A stretch of 64,000 nt of DNA from Spirochaetia bacterium (GCA_963662265.2 CAXXHA010000030.1:1-64000); one strand, 5' to 3'. Positions 31,209 through 41,780 are shown, counted from the stretch's first letter. A program made the numbers and translations. Notes: generated by a model not told the origin, from the sequence alone.

Positions 31209-31904
31209 TTATGAACCTGAATATGTCCACTTGATTTTTACGCTTCCGTATTCAACTCCTGACTCACTGCCTGTTCCGGAAGGATTGTTATAAGGATTTC
31301 CTGAACCGCTTAAAATATCGCTTGTATCCGCGCTTACGCTTAAACCTTCTTCACGCCCTGCTGCTCCCCCCTCAGGAGGATTATTCCCGATTGAGGAACC
31401 TGATTCGCCACTCTTGTATGAAGCAGAGTGATTATTCCTGTTGCTTACAACAACCCTTCCGTTTGCGACTTTTATATTTACACCGTCAAAACTGAACTTT
31501 GTCCCGCGGACAGCAGCAGTTGAAACAGGTGTTTTTATAGTAAAATCATGTTTAAGACCTTTAGATGTCTTTACATCAGCGCTTATTCTCCCAAGCCTCA
31601 TATTAAGCTTTGTATTTACTGTTTTATTTTTTTCAGAAAGCTCATTGATGCTCATCCTTGTCAGCTGTTTTACAAATATTTCAGAACTCCCGAGATCAAG
31701 GACTGCTTCAGATTTAAAACTTGTTGATATAACTGCACCCACAGGAAGCTTCATTCCCTCAGAAAGTTTTTTCCATTCTTCTCCATCAATTCTGTATTTA
31801 ACATTCCCTTTCAGGGAAGTCACAGTAACTTCATTTGAAGCTGCTGAAATAAAAGATGCGGAAACTGCAACAAAAATTAATATAAATAATAATCTTCTCA
31901 ACAT
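31209..31904 (-). CDS. FecR-domain exported protein
   Basis: Signal peptide; FTIKTPVSTAAVRGTKF motif. Confidence 0.85.
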   Translation of the reverse strand: MLRRLLFILIFVAVSASFISAASNEVTVTSLKGNVKYRIDGEEWKKLSEGMKLPVGAVISTSFKSEAVLDLGSSEIFVKQLTRMSINELSEKNKTVNTKLNMRLGRISADVKTSKGLKHDFTIKTPVSTAAVRGTKFSFDGVNIKVANGRVVVSNRNNHSASYKSGESGSSIGNNPPEGGAAGREEGLSVSADTSDILSGSGNPYNNPSGTGSESGVEYGSVKIKWTYSGS

Positions 31905-31918
31905 ATTTTTCCCTCCTG

Positions 31919-33232
31919 TCAGAAACTGACTGATAAACTTGTACGGAAAGCAAATATTGATTCCATATTATCAGATGCCGCGCCGAATCCCCCTGTTGCC
32001 GGGAGAAAATACGCGCCGTTTAATTCAAGGCCGAGATCTGAAAAAATTCTCCAGACAAGTCCTGCTTCAATTTCTGTTCCAATATATAATCCGTCTGATT
32101 CAGTATCTGTATCAATCCAGTCTACAGAAACCGAATATGTCCTGAAAAAACCTCTAGCAGCAGTATAAGGCTGTATTGCAGATGCTGTTTCAGAACTGCT
32201 GTTTATAAAAGGCCTGAATGAATATTTAAGCTCCAGAAGACCGAGACCTGAAAGAGTCGGAGAAACTGAATTCGCAAGATCAGGCTTGCTCATCGGAACA
32301 AACCCCAGAACACCGAACGGAACATCTATTAAATCATCAATAGAAACATCTGGCGGAGCTCCTATAAGCTTAAACTGCCAGTTTGAACCGAAAAAGCTCT
32401 CTTTCAGATAGTTCAGTTTCAAGCCGAATATCAGTCCGATAGCATTCCTGTCGTCGATATCCGGGACTTTGAGAGATGCATGCTGAAGTATGAAAAACAG
32501 GTTCTGATACATGTTTTTTCCATAACTGCGGCTGGAATTAAATCCGAGATACTGGGTATGCATCACCGGACCTTCCGATTCATCCCTGAGGTCAAATACG
32601 GCAAGGCCGAAGAATGACATGGAATCAAGCCACCATAGTTCAGGAACAGTTATTGTTGACTGAAGAAATGCCTTTGCAGGTCCGAAAAATGTATCATCTG
32701 TCTCCAGCGACTCTTCGCTCATATCAAGAGATGTCATTCTGATATCACTCGAAGGATTGAGTAGCAGCCCTGTATATCCTGCTTCGACAAAGTATCTTAT
32801 TCCCGGGTACAGGAATTTAAAGGAAATACCGTCTGCTGTATGGGACAGGACTATCTCTGTAGGATCACTGAAATAAATTCTCCCACCCTCAGCTTCAAAG
32901 ACGGAATCGGAACCGACTGCTCCGGGAAAAGTTCCCCTGATACTCAGCATATCTATATTAAAAAGATATGCTCTTTCATCTGTATATTCATAACTGCCCT
33001 GGGCAGTAAAAGTTGTCTCATTTCCTGATTCAGATTCGTTGTAAGCTTCAAAAAGAAGTGCCAGCCGGTTCAGCTGCTCAATTTCAGTATCTGAAGATGT
33101 CTCATCAGAGACAAAATCAGTACTGTTTAAAAAAGTGCCGCCATAGTCATACTCAAAAGACAATACAAATGCGGGAAAAAACAAGGCTGAGAAAATAAGC
33201 AATACTGAAAGAAAGATGATTTTATTATTCAT
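31919..33232 (-). CDS. Putative outer-membrane beta-barrel protein
   Basis: Signal peptide, alternating beta patterns, GTEIEAGL, C-terminal Phe. Confidence 0.7.
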   Translation of the reverse strand: MNNKIIFLSVLLIFSALFFPAFVLSFEYDYGGTFLNSTDFVSDETSSDTEIEQLNRLALLFEAYNESESGNETTFTAQGSYEYTDERAYLFNIDMLSIRGTFPGAVGSDSVFEAEGGRIYFSDPTEIVLSHTADGISFKFLYPGIRYFVEAGYTGLLLNPSSDIRMTSLDMSEESLETDDTFFGPAKAFLQSTITVPELWWLDSMSFFGLAVFDLRDESEGPVMHTQYLGFNSSRSYGKNMYQNLFFILQHASLKVPDIDDRNAIGLIFGLKLNYLKESFFGSNWQFKLIGAPPDVSIDDLIDVPFGVLGFVPMSKPDLANSVSPTLSGLGLLELKYSFRPFINSSSETASAIQPYTAARGFFRTYSVSVDWIDTDTESDGLYIGTEIEAGLVWRIFSDLGLELNGAYFLPATGGFGAASDNMESIFAFRTSLSVSF

Positions 33233-33701
33233 TATCACCCTCCTCTCTTTCGAGAACACGCCCCAGAATTCTGAAAGCTCTTTCGCCTGATATATGCATT
33301 GTGCTGTAGGTTTTACCCTGTATAATCTTTTTGAACCTGAGTTCCCGTACTGCATACCGGGGACCTGGAAACAACCTGTACATCAGACCTCCTTCCATGC
33401 TGTACGCACTCATAACAATGTGGGAAAACTGACCAAGCGTTACAGGACTATCCCACTCCATAGCTGTATCAGGAAACATTTCCGACATTTTATCTGCCGC
33501 TTCCTGAAAAGATACATCTTCACCAATCACATCTGTTCCAAATAAAACGGTATAGGATGCGCTTCCGTATGAGATCCTGTTCTCTGTAAGTATTGAATCC
33601 ATTGCTGTGTTGAAATCTGCTGATGCGAAAAAAACTGAGGATAAAAAAAGAACCGGAATAAAACTGAATACCAGAACTTTTTTGCTGAGGATTAATTTCA
33701 T
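33225..33701 (-). CDS. Exported hypothetical protein
   Basis: Signal peptide; GGLMYRLFPGPRYAVREL segment; overlaps the next gene. Confidence 0.75.
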   Translation of the reverse strand: MKLILSKKVLVFSFIPVLFLSSVFFASADFNTAMDSILTENRISYGSASYTVLFGTDVIGEDVSFQEAADKMSEMFPDTAMEWDSPVTLGQFSHIVMSAYSMEGGLMYRLFPGPRYAVRELRFKKIIQGKTYSTMHISGERAFRILGRVLEREEGDNE

Positions 33702-33833
33702 TTCATTACCCTGTTTTTAATTTTTTCTTAAATAATATTTTTTAATTATATACTATTTTTACAAATTTTAAAACTCCGGTTTTATTTACACGATCTTGTT
33801 TACACATTTATATTTTCATGTAATCCTTTATCC

Positions 33834-34763
33834 ATGATTAATATCACCGGACAGTTACTTGCCCTTATTGCTGCGGTATGCTGGGCTCAGAATTCACTTA
33901 TCTACTCATGGATTGGAAAAAAAACCGGATCAAATGCGGTAGCTCATGTAAGGATATGGATTGCATTTCCGGCAATCATGATTGCAAACTTGTTTTTCAC
34001 TTCATCGATCTATCCGCTTAATTACCCTGCAGAGGTTTATTTATATTTCGGTATTTCCGGTTTTCTAGGGTTTTTTATTGCAGATATTCTTATTTTCAGG
34101 TCTTTTGTTTTCCTGGGTCCTGTCAAAACAATGGTTATAATGACATTTTCACCTGTTTTCAGTGCACTTATATCATGGATAACTATGGGCGAATCTCTCA
34201 ATATTCTGCAACTGTCAGGAATACTGATAATTATTTCCGGAATTATTCTTGTTGTATCTGATAAAACAAACAGTACAGATGATTCAAATCAATCATCCAC
34301 CCTATACAACAAACATTCATATTTAAAGGGGACTCTTTTGGCTTTTGCGGGAGCATTTACGCAGGCTGCCGGATTTGTTATAGCAAAATACGGGTTAACA
34401 GGAGCAGATGTATTTGTCCACCCGGTCAGTGCAAATGCAATCAGAATCTCTGCAGGGGGAATCGGACTTGCTGGTATGCAGCTTCTGAAAAAAGAGTTTG
34501 TATCAGATTTCAGGAAAATGAATAATATTAAAATTCTCTCTTTTATGGTTTTTGCAGCACTTGCAGGTCCTGTACTTGGAATCATACTTTCACTATATGC
34601 CCTTAGACTGGCTCCTGCAGGAATAGTTACAGCTCTTATGCAGATGAGCCCTGTTATACTCATACCGCTTGAATTCATTATTTTCAGAAAATACCCGTCT
34701 GTTTTTAAGATAGCTGGCGCTCTTCTTTCAACTGTCGGGGCTGCTGTTTTATTTGCATTCTGA
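33834..34763 (+). CDS. DMT/EamA family transporter
   Basis: About 10 TM helices in two EamA repeats. Confidence 0.88.
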   Translation: MINITGQLLALIAAVCWAQNSLIYSWIGKKTGSNAVAHVRIWIAFPAIMIANLFFTSSIYPLNYPAEVYLYFGISGFLGFFIADILIFRSFVFLGPVKTMVIMTFSPVFSALISWITMGESLNILQLSGILIIISGIILVVSDKTNSTDDSNQSSTLYNKHSYLKGTLLAFAGAFTQAAGFVIAKYGLTGADVFVHPVSANAIRISAGGIGLAGMQLLKKEFVSDFRKMNNIKILSFMVFAALAGPVLGIILSLYALRLAPAGIVTALMQMSPVILIPLEFIIFRKYPSVFKIAGALLSTVGAAVLFAF

Positions 34764-34777
34764 TATTTCAATAATAT

Positions 34778-34906
34778 TTTGTAACTTTATCAAAATTAAG
34801 ATGTTCTCTTTTATGTAATGCCTGTTAGGAATTATAATTTTTTACGAAAACTCTCCTAAATAATTTATTTCATTACAAAGGCTGTCGGGGGACAGCCTTT
34901 GTTTTT
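34778..34906 (+). ncRNA. Candidate small RNA 1 (ECF-type promoter to terminator)
   Basis: TTTGTAACTTTA-N7-TAAGATGTT, CTCTCCT motif, ACAAAGGCTGTC/GACAGCCTTTGT terminator. Confidence 0.5.
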
Positions 34907-34913
34907 AAACAGA

Positions 34914-35034
34914 TTTGTAACTTTAATACAGCTAAGGTGTTTATCTTTTAAACAAAGATTGAACCGTTAGAATCTTTTCATAATACTCCTTTTTTCCAGA
35001 GGCTTTTCAGATAACTGGAAAGCCTCTTTTTTTT
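34914..35034 (+). ncRNA. Candidate small RNA 2 (paralogue of the first)
   Basis: TTTGTAACTTTA-N7-TAAGGTGTT, ACTCCT motif, AGAGGCTTT/AAAGCCTCT + T-run. Confidence 0.5.
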
Positions 35035-35051
35035 GTGATATGTTGCATTTC

Positions 35052-35366
35052 ATGAAAAAGATTTTTTTAAGATTAGTTGTTGTTTCTGTTTACAGTTTTT
35101 CAATTATACTCCATTCATATTTATACAGAATTTCAGTCAGTTATTTCAGCTTGCAGTACAGAAAAATATGGGAACCGGTACTGTGTGTTTCAAATTTCAG
35201 CATCTATAACATATTGTGGTTTAACCTGAAAATTCTTATATTTATTATTATTCTTGTTCCTCTCTGGTTTACAGCTTCATTTATAATAAAAAAATATTAT
35301 ATTTTCTATTTCCCCGAGGAAAACAAAGATTTTCAGAATATTAAAATCTCCTCTATTCTCAAATAA
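35052..35366 (+). CDS. Small hypothetical membrane protein
   Basis: Two hydrophobic segments; weak RBS. Confidence 0.45.
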   Translation: MKKIFLRLVVVSVYSFSIILHSYLYRISVSYFSLQYRKIWEPVLCVSNFSIYNILWFNLKILIFIIILVPLWFTASFIIKKYYIFYFPEENKDFQNIKISSILK

Positions 35367-35484
35367 TCCATAATTTCAATAAAAAAACAGTTATTTCTTT
35401 TTCAATTCTATTAATTCAACATCATTAAAAAAGTTGTTGAAAGCAGGAGATTTTGCCGGTATCATAATTTAAGAGGAGGAAGTC

Positions 35485-35850
35485 ATGCTTAGTTTTGCAA
35501 AACTGAATAAAGCATTAACTGGAATTATTGATCAGTCTGAAGCTGCTGCTGCAGAAGATGTTGAAAAACTCAAAGATGAACAGCTTGCAACTCTGTTTAT
35601 ATCTACTGAAAATCTAATTTCAGCTTTAGAAAAGCTTACTTTGAAAATAGATAATGAAATAGCAACCAGGGGTGAGATTTTTCTTCCTGAAACCGGCCAG
35701 AAACTGGCAATTGAGACTGAAAGTGTTATAAAAGTAAAAAAAATGAGCAAAAAGGAAATCAGAGAACTAGAGAAACTTGAAGCTGAAAAAGCGGCAGCAA
35801 CTAAAAAAGCTCCTGCCGGAAAAAAATCAACTTCAAAAAAAGTAAAATAA
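35485..35850 (+). CDS. Hypothetical protein with Lys/Ala-rich basic tail
   Basis: Strong GAGGAGG RBS; C-terminus AAATKKAPAGKKSTSKKVK. Confidence 0.8.
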   Translation: MLSFAKLNKALTGIIDQSEAAAAEDVEKLKDEQLATLFISTENLISALEKLTLKIDNEIATRGEIFLPETGQKLAIETESVIKVKKMSKKEIRELEKLEAEKAAATKKAPAGKKSTSKKVK

Positions 35851-35973
35851 TCTAATTTTTTCCAGATTATAACTTTTTGTAATTTTATTTTTTTCTCAAT
35901 ATGTGTTATTATTTGTATTAATCCTGAATGAAGTCTGAATAGCACCACCATATTGAAAATCTGTCAGATCCCT

Positions 35974-36006
35974 AGAGGTTATAGCTAATATAACCTCTTT
36001 TTTTTT
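35974..36006 (+). terminator. Intrinsic terminator
   Basis: AGAGGTTATA-GCTAA-TATAACCTCT + T-run. Confidence 0.8.
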
Positions 36007-36108
36007 GTTATTATATCAATATCCTTAGTACAATATTCTGCTAATCAACTGCAATTTAAACAAATGCAGGATCAGGCAAAACATGTTATAATTTTTATAG
36101 GTTAATTT

Positions 36109-37005
36109 ATGAATATTAAAAGTCTTTTATTCCTACTTATCTCTATTACTTTAACATTCAGCTGCTACAATTCTTCAGTTCAGGAAGATAAAAATACAAA
36201 AATAATCAACCACAAATACGCATCACTCGAAAAGATAACAGATGGATCCATCAATCATGCAAAAGCAGTATTACATGTTGCCTATGGACACACTTCCCAT
36301 GGCAGTCAGCTTATAACAGGTATGGCAGGACTTGTCACATTTAAAGGTGATTTATATAAATATTCAAACGGGGGTGGAGTTGATTCTCTCGACTTGAGAG
36401 ACACTCCTTTTTCAGGGGCAAGTGATCTCGGTAATCCAAACCGAACAACATGGGCAGCTTCAACAAGAAATTATCTTGATTCTCATCCGGAAATTAATGT
36501 TGTAATCTGGTCATGGTGCGGACAGGTATCAACAGCTTCAGAATCTGATATTTTGACATACCTCACCCTGATGAATCAATTGGAATCAGAATATGCTGAA
36601 GTTGTTTTTGTCTATATGACAGGACATCTGGACGGATCAGGAGAAAATGGGAACCTGAATCTCAGGAATCAGCAGATCAGACAATTCTGTATTGATAATG
36701 ATAAATATCTGTATGATTTTGCTGATATAGAATCATATGATCCTGATGGAAATACTAATTATATGAAACTCAGAGCAAATGATGTCTGTTATTACGATAG
36801 CAGCGGAAACGGGACAACAGTAAGTTATGAAACAAATCCGCCTGATCCCTGTGAAGATTTGAACTGGGCAGAAGAATGGCAGAATTCACATTTACTTAAT
36901 GTTGATTGGTATAATTGTTCGTCTGTGCACAGCCGACCGCTTAATTCAAATCTTAAAGCATATGCAGCATGGAATCTTTTCTGTATAATAGCAGAGAATC
37001 TATAA
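36109..37005 (+). CDS. Hypothetical lipoprotein (possible hydrolase)
   Basis: Lipobox TFSC; AYGHTSHGSQL, WSWCG, YMTGHLDG, DFADIESYDPDG. Confidence 0.8.
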   Translation: MNIKSLLFLLISITLTFSCYNSSVQEDKNTKIINHKYASLEKITDGSINHAKAVLHVAYGHTSHGSQLITGMAGLVTFKGDLYKYSNGGGVDSLDLRDTPFSGASDLGNPNRTTWAASTRNYLDSHPEINVVIWSWCGQVSTASESDILTYLTLMNQLESEYAEVVFVYMTGHLDGSGENGNLNLRNQQIRQFCIDNDKYLYDFADIESYDPDGNTNYMKLRANDVCYYDSSGNGTTVSYETNPPDPCEDLNWAEEWQNSHLLNVDWYNCSSVHSRPLNSNLKAYAAWNLFCIIAENL

Positions 37006-37144
37006 TTATATAAAATCTATTTTTGTATCATTATTTCATTATAATTTTTTATTTAAACATCTTATTATTAATTATCTATTTATAAATATTCACTGTTTTG
37101 TATAAGATAGTTGTAAAATCACTGTAGATGGAATGGAGCAAATA

Positions 37145-37351
37145 ATGGCAGAAGAACGTTTTGAATCAATAGAAACAAAACTTGCATATCAGGAACTTAC
37201 TATAGCTGAACTCAACAGTGTTGTAATAGAACAGCAGAAAACAATAGACCGGCTCGAAAACCAGATCAGGGAAATTACTGACAAGCTCAATGATATTGCC
37301 GAACTGACAGGCAATGACAGAGGCGGAATACAGAAACCTCCACATTATTGA
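37145..37351 (+). CDS. slyX: SlyX family protein
   Basis: ETKLAYQE..I.ELN..V..QQ, C-terminal KPPHY. Confidence 0.92.
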   Translation: MAEERFESIETKLAYQELTIAELNSVVIEQQKTIDRLENQIREITDKLNDIAELTGNDRGGIQKPPHY

Positions 37352-37380
37352 TAAATACCGCTGTAATTGAAGGCAATAAT

Positions 37381-38259
37381 ATGATTGATATCAAGCTTAA
37401 AACATTTCTCGAAGTTGCAAGGATAAAAAACTTCACCAAAGCTGCTGATATTCTGTGTATTACACAGCCTGCTGTTTCTCAGCATATCAGGGCACTGGAA
37501 GATTTTTACGGGGTAAAGCTGCTTAAGAAATCAGGCAGAGTCATGGAACTGACAGAAGAGGGAAATTTACTTTACCAGCAGGCTCTGCAGCTGGAAAGAC
37601 TCAATAAAACTATTAAAAATGAACTTAGAAACTGTTTTTCTTCCAGGAAAATTTTCAATATCGGTGCAACACTAACTATTGGAGGATATTTTATTCCGGG
37701 AAAACTGGCTTCATATAAAAAAGAGCACCCAAATATAGATATAAAACTTCATGTAAACAACACTGAAACTATTATAAAAAAACTGTATTCAGGTGATATT
37801 GAACTTGCTCTTGTTGAAGGACCTTTTGACAGGTCAAAAGTCAAATACAGAAAGATCAAGGATGATGAGCTTGTTTTAATCGTATCAAAGGAACACCCTT
37901 TTTCCGGACGGGAATATATAAATATAGAGGAACTGCTCACTGAAAAAATCATAATGAGGGAAAAAGGTTCCGGTACAAGGCAGATTACAGAAGATTTTTT
38001 CATTAAAAAAGGGATTAATATTTCAGATCTCAATATAACAATAGAGATTGGTGATATCACGGCAATAATATCACTTGTCGAATCAAATCAGGGCTGTACT
38101 TTCATATCGAGGGAAGTACTGAAAAAATTCAGGGACAGAAATACTCTTAGAATAATACCTGTTAAAAACTGTTCTGTTTTAAGGGAATTCAATCTCCTCT
38201 TTCTGGACAGCTTTGAAAACGATCTTTTTGAAAGTTTTTTCTCATACTGCCTTGAATAA
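37381..38259 (+). CDS. LysR-family regulator (CysL/YeiE-like)
   Basis: NFTKAAD.L.ITQPAVSQHI HTH; MREKGSGTR. Confidence 0.93.
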   Translation: MIDIKLKTFLEVARIKNFTKAADILCITQPAVSQHIRALEDFYGVKLLKKSGRVMELTEEGNLLYQQALQLERLNKTIKNELRNCFSSRKIFNIGATLTIGGYFIPGKLASYKKEHPNIDIKLHVNNTETIIKKLYSGDIELALVEGPFDRSKVKYRKIKDDELVLIVSKEHPFSGREYINIEELLTEKIIMREKGSGTRQITEDFFIKKGINISDLNITIEIGDITAIISLVESNQGCTFISREVLKKFRDRNTLRIIPVKNCSVLREFNLLFLDSFENDLFESFFSYCLE

Positions 38260-38378
38260 ACCCCTGTCTGTCCTGAAAGACTGTATCACCTTTTTCACCG
38301 CACACCCATAAGCAGCTCTTATACTTCCATAATAAACTATAATTTCACATAATACTCATCTTTGTGTAATATAGCTTC

Positions 38379-39368
38379 ATGAAAACAATAATCAGACTTA
38401 TACCAGGTTTGCTGCTTATATCTGTTATTGCAGCTGTTTCAGTTTTAATAAACAAATGGATAGGCAGATGGTTTAATCCGGAAAATGTTACAATTGCAAT
38501 TATATTGAGTATTTTTATCAGCAGCTTTTTCAGGCCTGGAAAAATATTTTCCGAAGGTATCAGTTTTTCCCATAAAAAACTGCTTAACTGGGGAATTATA
38601 CTTCTGGGATTTAAACTCCATACAGCTGTTTTAACCAGAAGCGGCAGTATGATATTTTTACTGATAATATCATATGCTGCTGCATCTCTTTTTATTTCCG
38701 TCATTCTGGGGAAGTTTTTCAAGTTAGACAGAAAAACAGCTCTCCTTCTGGGAGCCGGCTCATCAATATGCGGGGCCTCTGCAGTAGCAGCTCTCGCCCC
38801 ATGTCTGAATGCGGAAAAAGAAAAATCCCTTATTGCAGTGACAGTGGTCAATCTTCTCGGGGCGGCAGGTGTTCTTATATATTCTTTCATTGCTGTTAAT
38901 TCAGACTGTTTGAATGAATATAAATTCGGAACATGGTCAGGGCTGACCCTTCATGGGGTAGCACATGCTGTTGCTGCCGCATTTGCAATGGGTAAAACTG
39001 CAGGTGAAGCAGGTACTGTAATAAAAATGGCACGGGTTCTTCTTATAATTCCGGTTTCTCTTCTTTTTATGTTTTTATCAGGCAGGAGGAAAGATAATGG
39101 AAGCAATATGAAAAATGTATTTCCTGGATATGTTTTTGTTTTTATTGCAGCAGCTGTCCTGAATTCAGTTATAACTATTCCGCAGCCTCTCCTTGCTGTT
39201 TTATCAAAACTAAGCAGTGTATTTATTCTATTTGCAATGACAGGACTTGGTTTGTCAATTAACGTGAAAACTGCGGCCGGTGAAGGTTCAAGGGCGCTTG
39301 CAGCAGGATCTGTTCTTTTTGCAGTGCTTTCTGTTTCAGGATATTACGCAGTATTCAGTTTTCTGTGA
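38379..39368 (+). CDS. YeiH/UPF0324 putative sulfate exporter
   Basis: GSSICGASAVAA, KMARVLL, AMTGLG. Confidence 0.9.
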   Translation: MKTIIRLIPGLLLISVIAAVSVLINKWIGRWFNPENVTIAIILSIFISSFFRPGKIFSEGISFSHKKLLNWGIILLGFKLHTAVLTRSGSMIFLLIISYAAASLFISVILGKFFKLDRKTALLLGAGSSICGASAVAALAPCLNAEKEKSLIAVTVVNLLGAAGVLIYSFIAVNSDCLNEYKFGTWSGLTLHGVAHAVAAAFAMGKTAGEAGTVIKMARVLLIIPVSLLFMFLSGRRKDNGSNMKNVFPGYVFVFIAAAVLNSVITIPQPLLAVLSKLSSVFILFAMTGLGLSINVKTAAGEGSRALAAGSVLFAVLSVSGYYAVFSFL

Positions 39369-39464
39369 TATGTCAGGAAAATATATTAAATCTTTTCCTG
39401 ATAATGCAGCTTTATATTTCAAGCTGCATCTTTTTAAAAAATTATCTCAATAGACTATCAGGAT

Positions 39465-40736
39465 TCAACACACTCTCAGGATCCTGCTTGAAGCGTGTAA
39501 TCTGTATCTGATATAAATAGCAACCTCATCAAGCATAGACTTGAATAAGCCGCTTTTACTTATATCTTCTTTAATTTTCAGTGGGAAAGTCTTGTAAATT
39601 TCATGTCCTGAATAAATATTCAAAACACCAACACTGCCGTCTTTTTTCAGGGGGGCTCTTACAGGTTCACGAATTTCAAAATCATAACTGAGGTTTTCAA
39701 GTCTGTTGAGAGGAACTGTAACAACTACATTTTCAGGGAAATCAATTTCAAGATATTTATTATTGCCTTTCCACAACCTTATCTGCTCCTTCAGTTCAGG
39801 TCTTATTGTTACTGTCCTAAAACTGCTGAACCCGTATGTAAGCAGAACTGCCGCATCAAAACTTCCACGTATCCTGCATTCCTTCGGTGTTTCCGCCCTG
39901 GAGCCCATGATAACCCCTATTAGGTGCATCCCGTCTCTTTCAGCACTCAGCGATACATTGAAACCTGATTCATCAATATAACCGGTTTTAAGACCTTCCA
40001 CCCCGTCAACCCTTCCTACCAGAAGGTTATGATTGTACTGTACAATTTTACCGTGAACCGAGCCATTGTTTTTACCGTAATTTTCAATTTCAGGATATGC
40101 AAATAATTTCAGAGAATGAAATTCTTCTATTGAGCCGGGGAAAAAATCAACATATTTTCTGATAAATTTCAGGAATTCTGAAGCTGTTGTCTGATTATGT
40201 TCACTGTATCCGGATGTATCGGCAAAATGAGTTTTCTCAAGCCCAAGCTGCTTCATTTCATAATTCATCCGTTCAATAAAACTATCCACATCTCCGCAAA
40301 TATATTTTGCAACTGCGACTGCTGCATCATTACCTGAAGGAATAGCAAGGCCAAGCAGGCACTCCCTCAGAGTAACTTTCTGCCCCTCCTCAATAAACAT
40401 CAAAGATGACCTTGGAGGCTGGTTTCTGAAATCAGCTTCACTGTCTACCGGGACATAATCATCGAGAGAAACATTCCCTTCTTCAATCTCCTTGAAGACA
40501 ATATAGTTTACAACAAGTTTTGTCATTGAGGCTGGAGGAGTTACAATATTACTCCCCTTTTCATAGAGAATTTTTCCCGTTTTATAATCTGCAAGAATTG
40601 CAGAATCACAGAAGAGAGAAGGCTCTGAAACTGCTGTATTTCCAGGTACTGCGCTTATATTTTTATTTATAGTTTTTTCAGCACATGATAAAAGCAAAAA
40701 TGATGTAAATAATAAAAGTAATATCTTTTTTGTCAT
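39465..40736 (-). CDS. D-alanyl-D-alanine carboxypeptidase (S11), lipoprotein
   Basis: PASMTK, SGNDAA, LKTGY. Confidence 0.93.
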   Translation of the reverse strand: MTKKILLLLFTSFLLLSCAEKTINKNISAVPGNTAVSEPSLFCDSAILADYKTGKILYEKGSNIVTPPASMTKLVVNYIVFKEIEEGNVSLDDYVPVDSEADFRNQPPRSSLMFIEEGQKVTLRECLLGLAIPSGNDAAVAVAKYICGDVDSFIERMNYEMKQLGLEKTHFADTSGYSEHNQTTASEFLKFIRKYVDFFPGSIEEFHSLKLFAYPEIENYGKNNGSVHGKIVQYNHNLLVGRVDGVEGLKTGYIDESGFNVSLSAERDGMHLIGVIMGSRAETPKECRIRGSFDAAVLLTYGFSSFRTVTIRPELKEQIRLWKGNNKYLEIDFPENVVVTVPLNRLENLSYDFEIREPVRAPLKKDGSVGVLNIYSGHEIYKTFPLKIKEDISKSGLFKSMLDEVAIYIRYRLHASSRILRVC

Positions 40737-40961
40737 TATTTTTTCCGTATTTTAATTATCAGGACAGATCCTGCATTTCAGTTAATTGATATAAACTTTA
40801 TTACCAATAGTCAATAGAATATAAACAGGCTGTATAAAACAATGCTTCCAAAGTTCTATACAGCCGTAGTTTTTTTCACCAGGTCTTTATTCCTGATAAA
40901 TCTTCAATAATTTATACTGATAATATTCCCTTATTCCCCTATTACCTCAATAAATCTCATA

Positions 40962-41459
40962 TTAAATATTCCTTAAAACATCTTCATAATCAGGTTCTGT
41001 AGATATTTCAGGAACAAGCTGACTATATTTTACAGTTCCCTCTTCATCTATAACTATAACAGCCCTTGCAAGCAATCCTTTAAGCGGGCCCTCTGTCATC
41101 CTAAGCCCGTACCTGTCTCCGAATACATAATCTCTCATTTCACTGAGATTGACAACATTTTCAATTCCCTCGGAAGAGCAGAACCTTTCATGAGCAAAAG
41201 GAAGATCCCTGGAAACAGCAAGAACAACAGTATTTTCAAGTGAAGCTGCCTCTTTATTGAATCTCCTTACCGAAGCCGCACATACAGATGTATCAAGACT
41301 CGGAAATATACTGAGAATTACTTTCCGCCCCCTGAAATCTTTAAGATGTATATCTGCAAGGTCTCTTCCTGTCAATACAAAATCAGGAGCTGCATGACCA
41401 GGTGACGGAAGTTCGCCGTTAGTATGAATCAGGTTACCCTGAATAGTTATTTTTGCCAT
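40962..41459 (-). CDS. tpx: Thiol peroxidase
   Basis: FPSLDTSVC, SRDLPFAHERFC, GLLARAV, EPDYE. Confidence 0.95.
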   Translation of the reverse strand: MAKITIQGNLIHTNGELPSPGHAAPDFVLTGRDLADIHLKDFRGRKVILSIFPSLDTSVCAASVRRFNKEAASLENTVVLAVSRDLPFAHERFCSSEGIENVVNLSEMRDYVFGDRYGLRMTEGPLKGLLARAVIVIDEEGTVKYSQLVPEISTEPDYEDVLRNI

Positions 41460-41780
41460 ATATTCCTCCAAAATTTTTATTTGAATAGAAATTTTTAATA
41501 CATATCTAATTTAATACAGGAATAATGAAAAACACAACTTTTTCTTGTTTTTTATCAATCTGTCCTGATTATAGGCAAATCCTGTATCCTGGTTTTATGA
41601 AATCATCACTTGTTATCAATATATAATTATTTTACGGACAGTAAATAAAGGAAAAATAATAAATCCTTATCTTAAATTACCTTGACAATAAACTTCCGGA
41701 GATTTCAGGTTATCTGTGATGAAGATTTTTTAACAAAAAAGCCGAAAATAATCATAGGACCAATTTCCCGGGGATATTAA

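Noticed and set aside
28767-33701. Genomic island integrated at tRNA-Asn
   Set aside because: No integrase, no duplicated tRNA 3' end seen and no obvious compositional shift.
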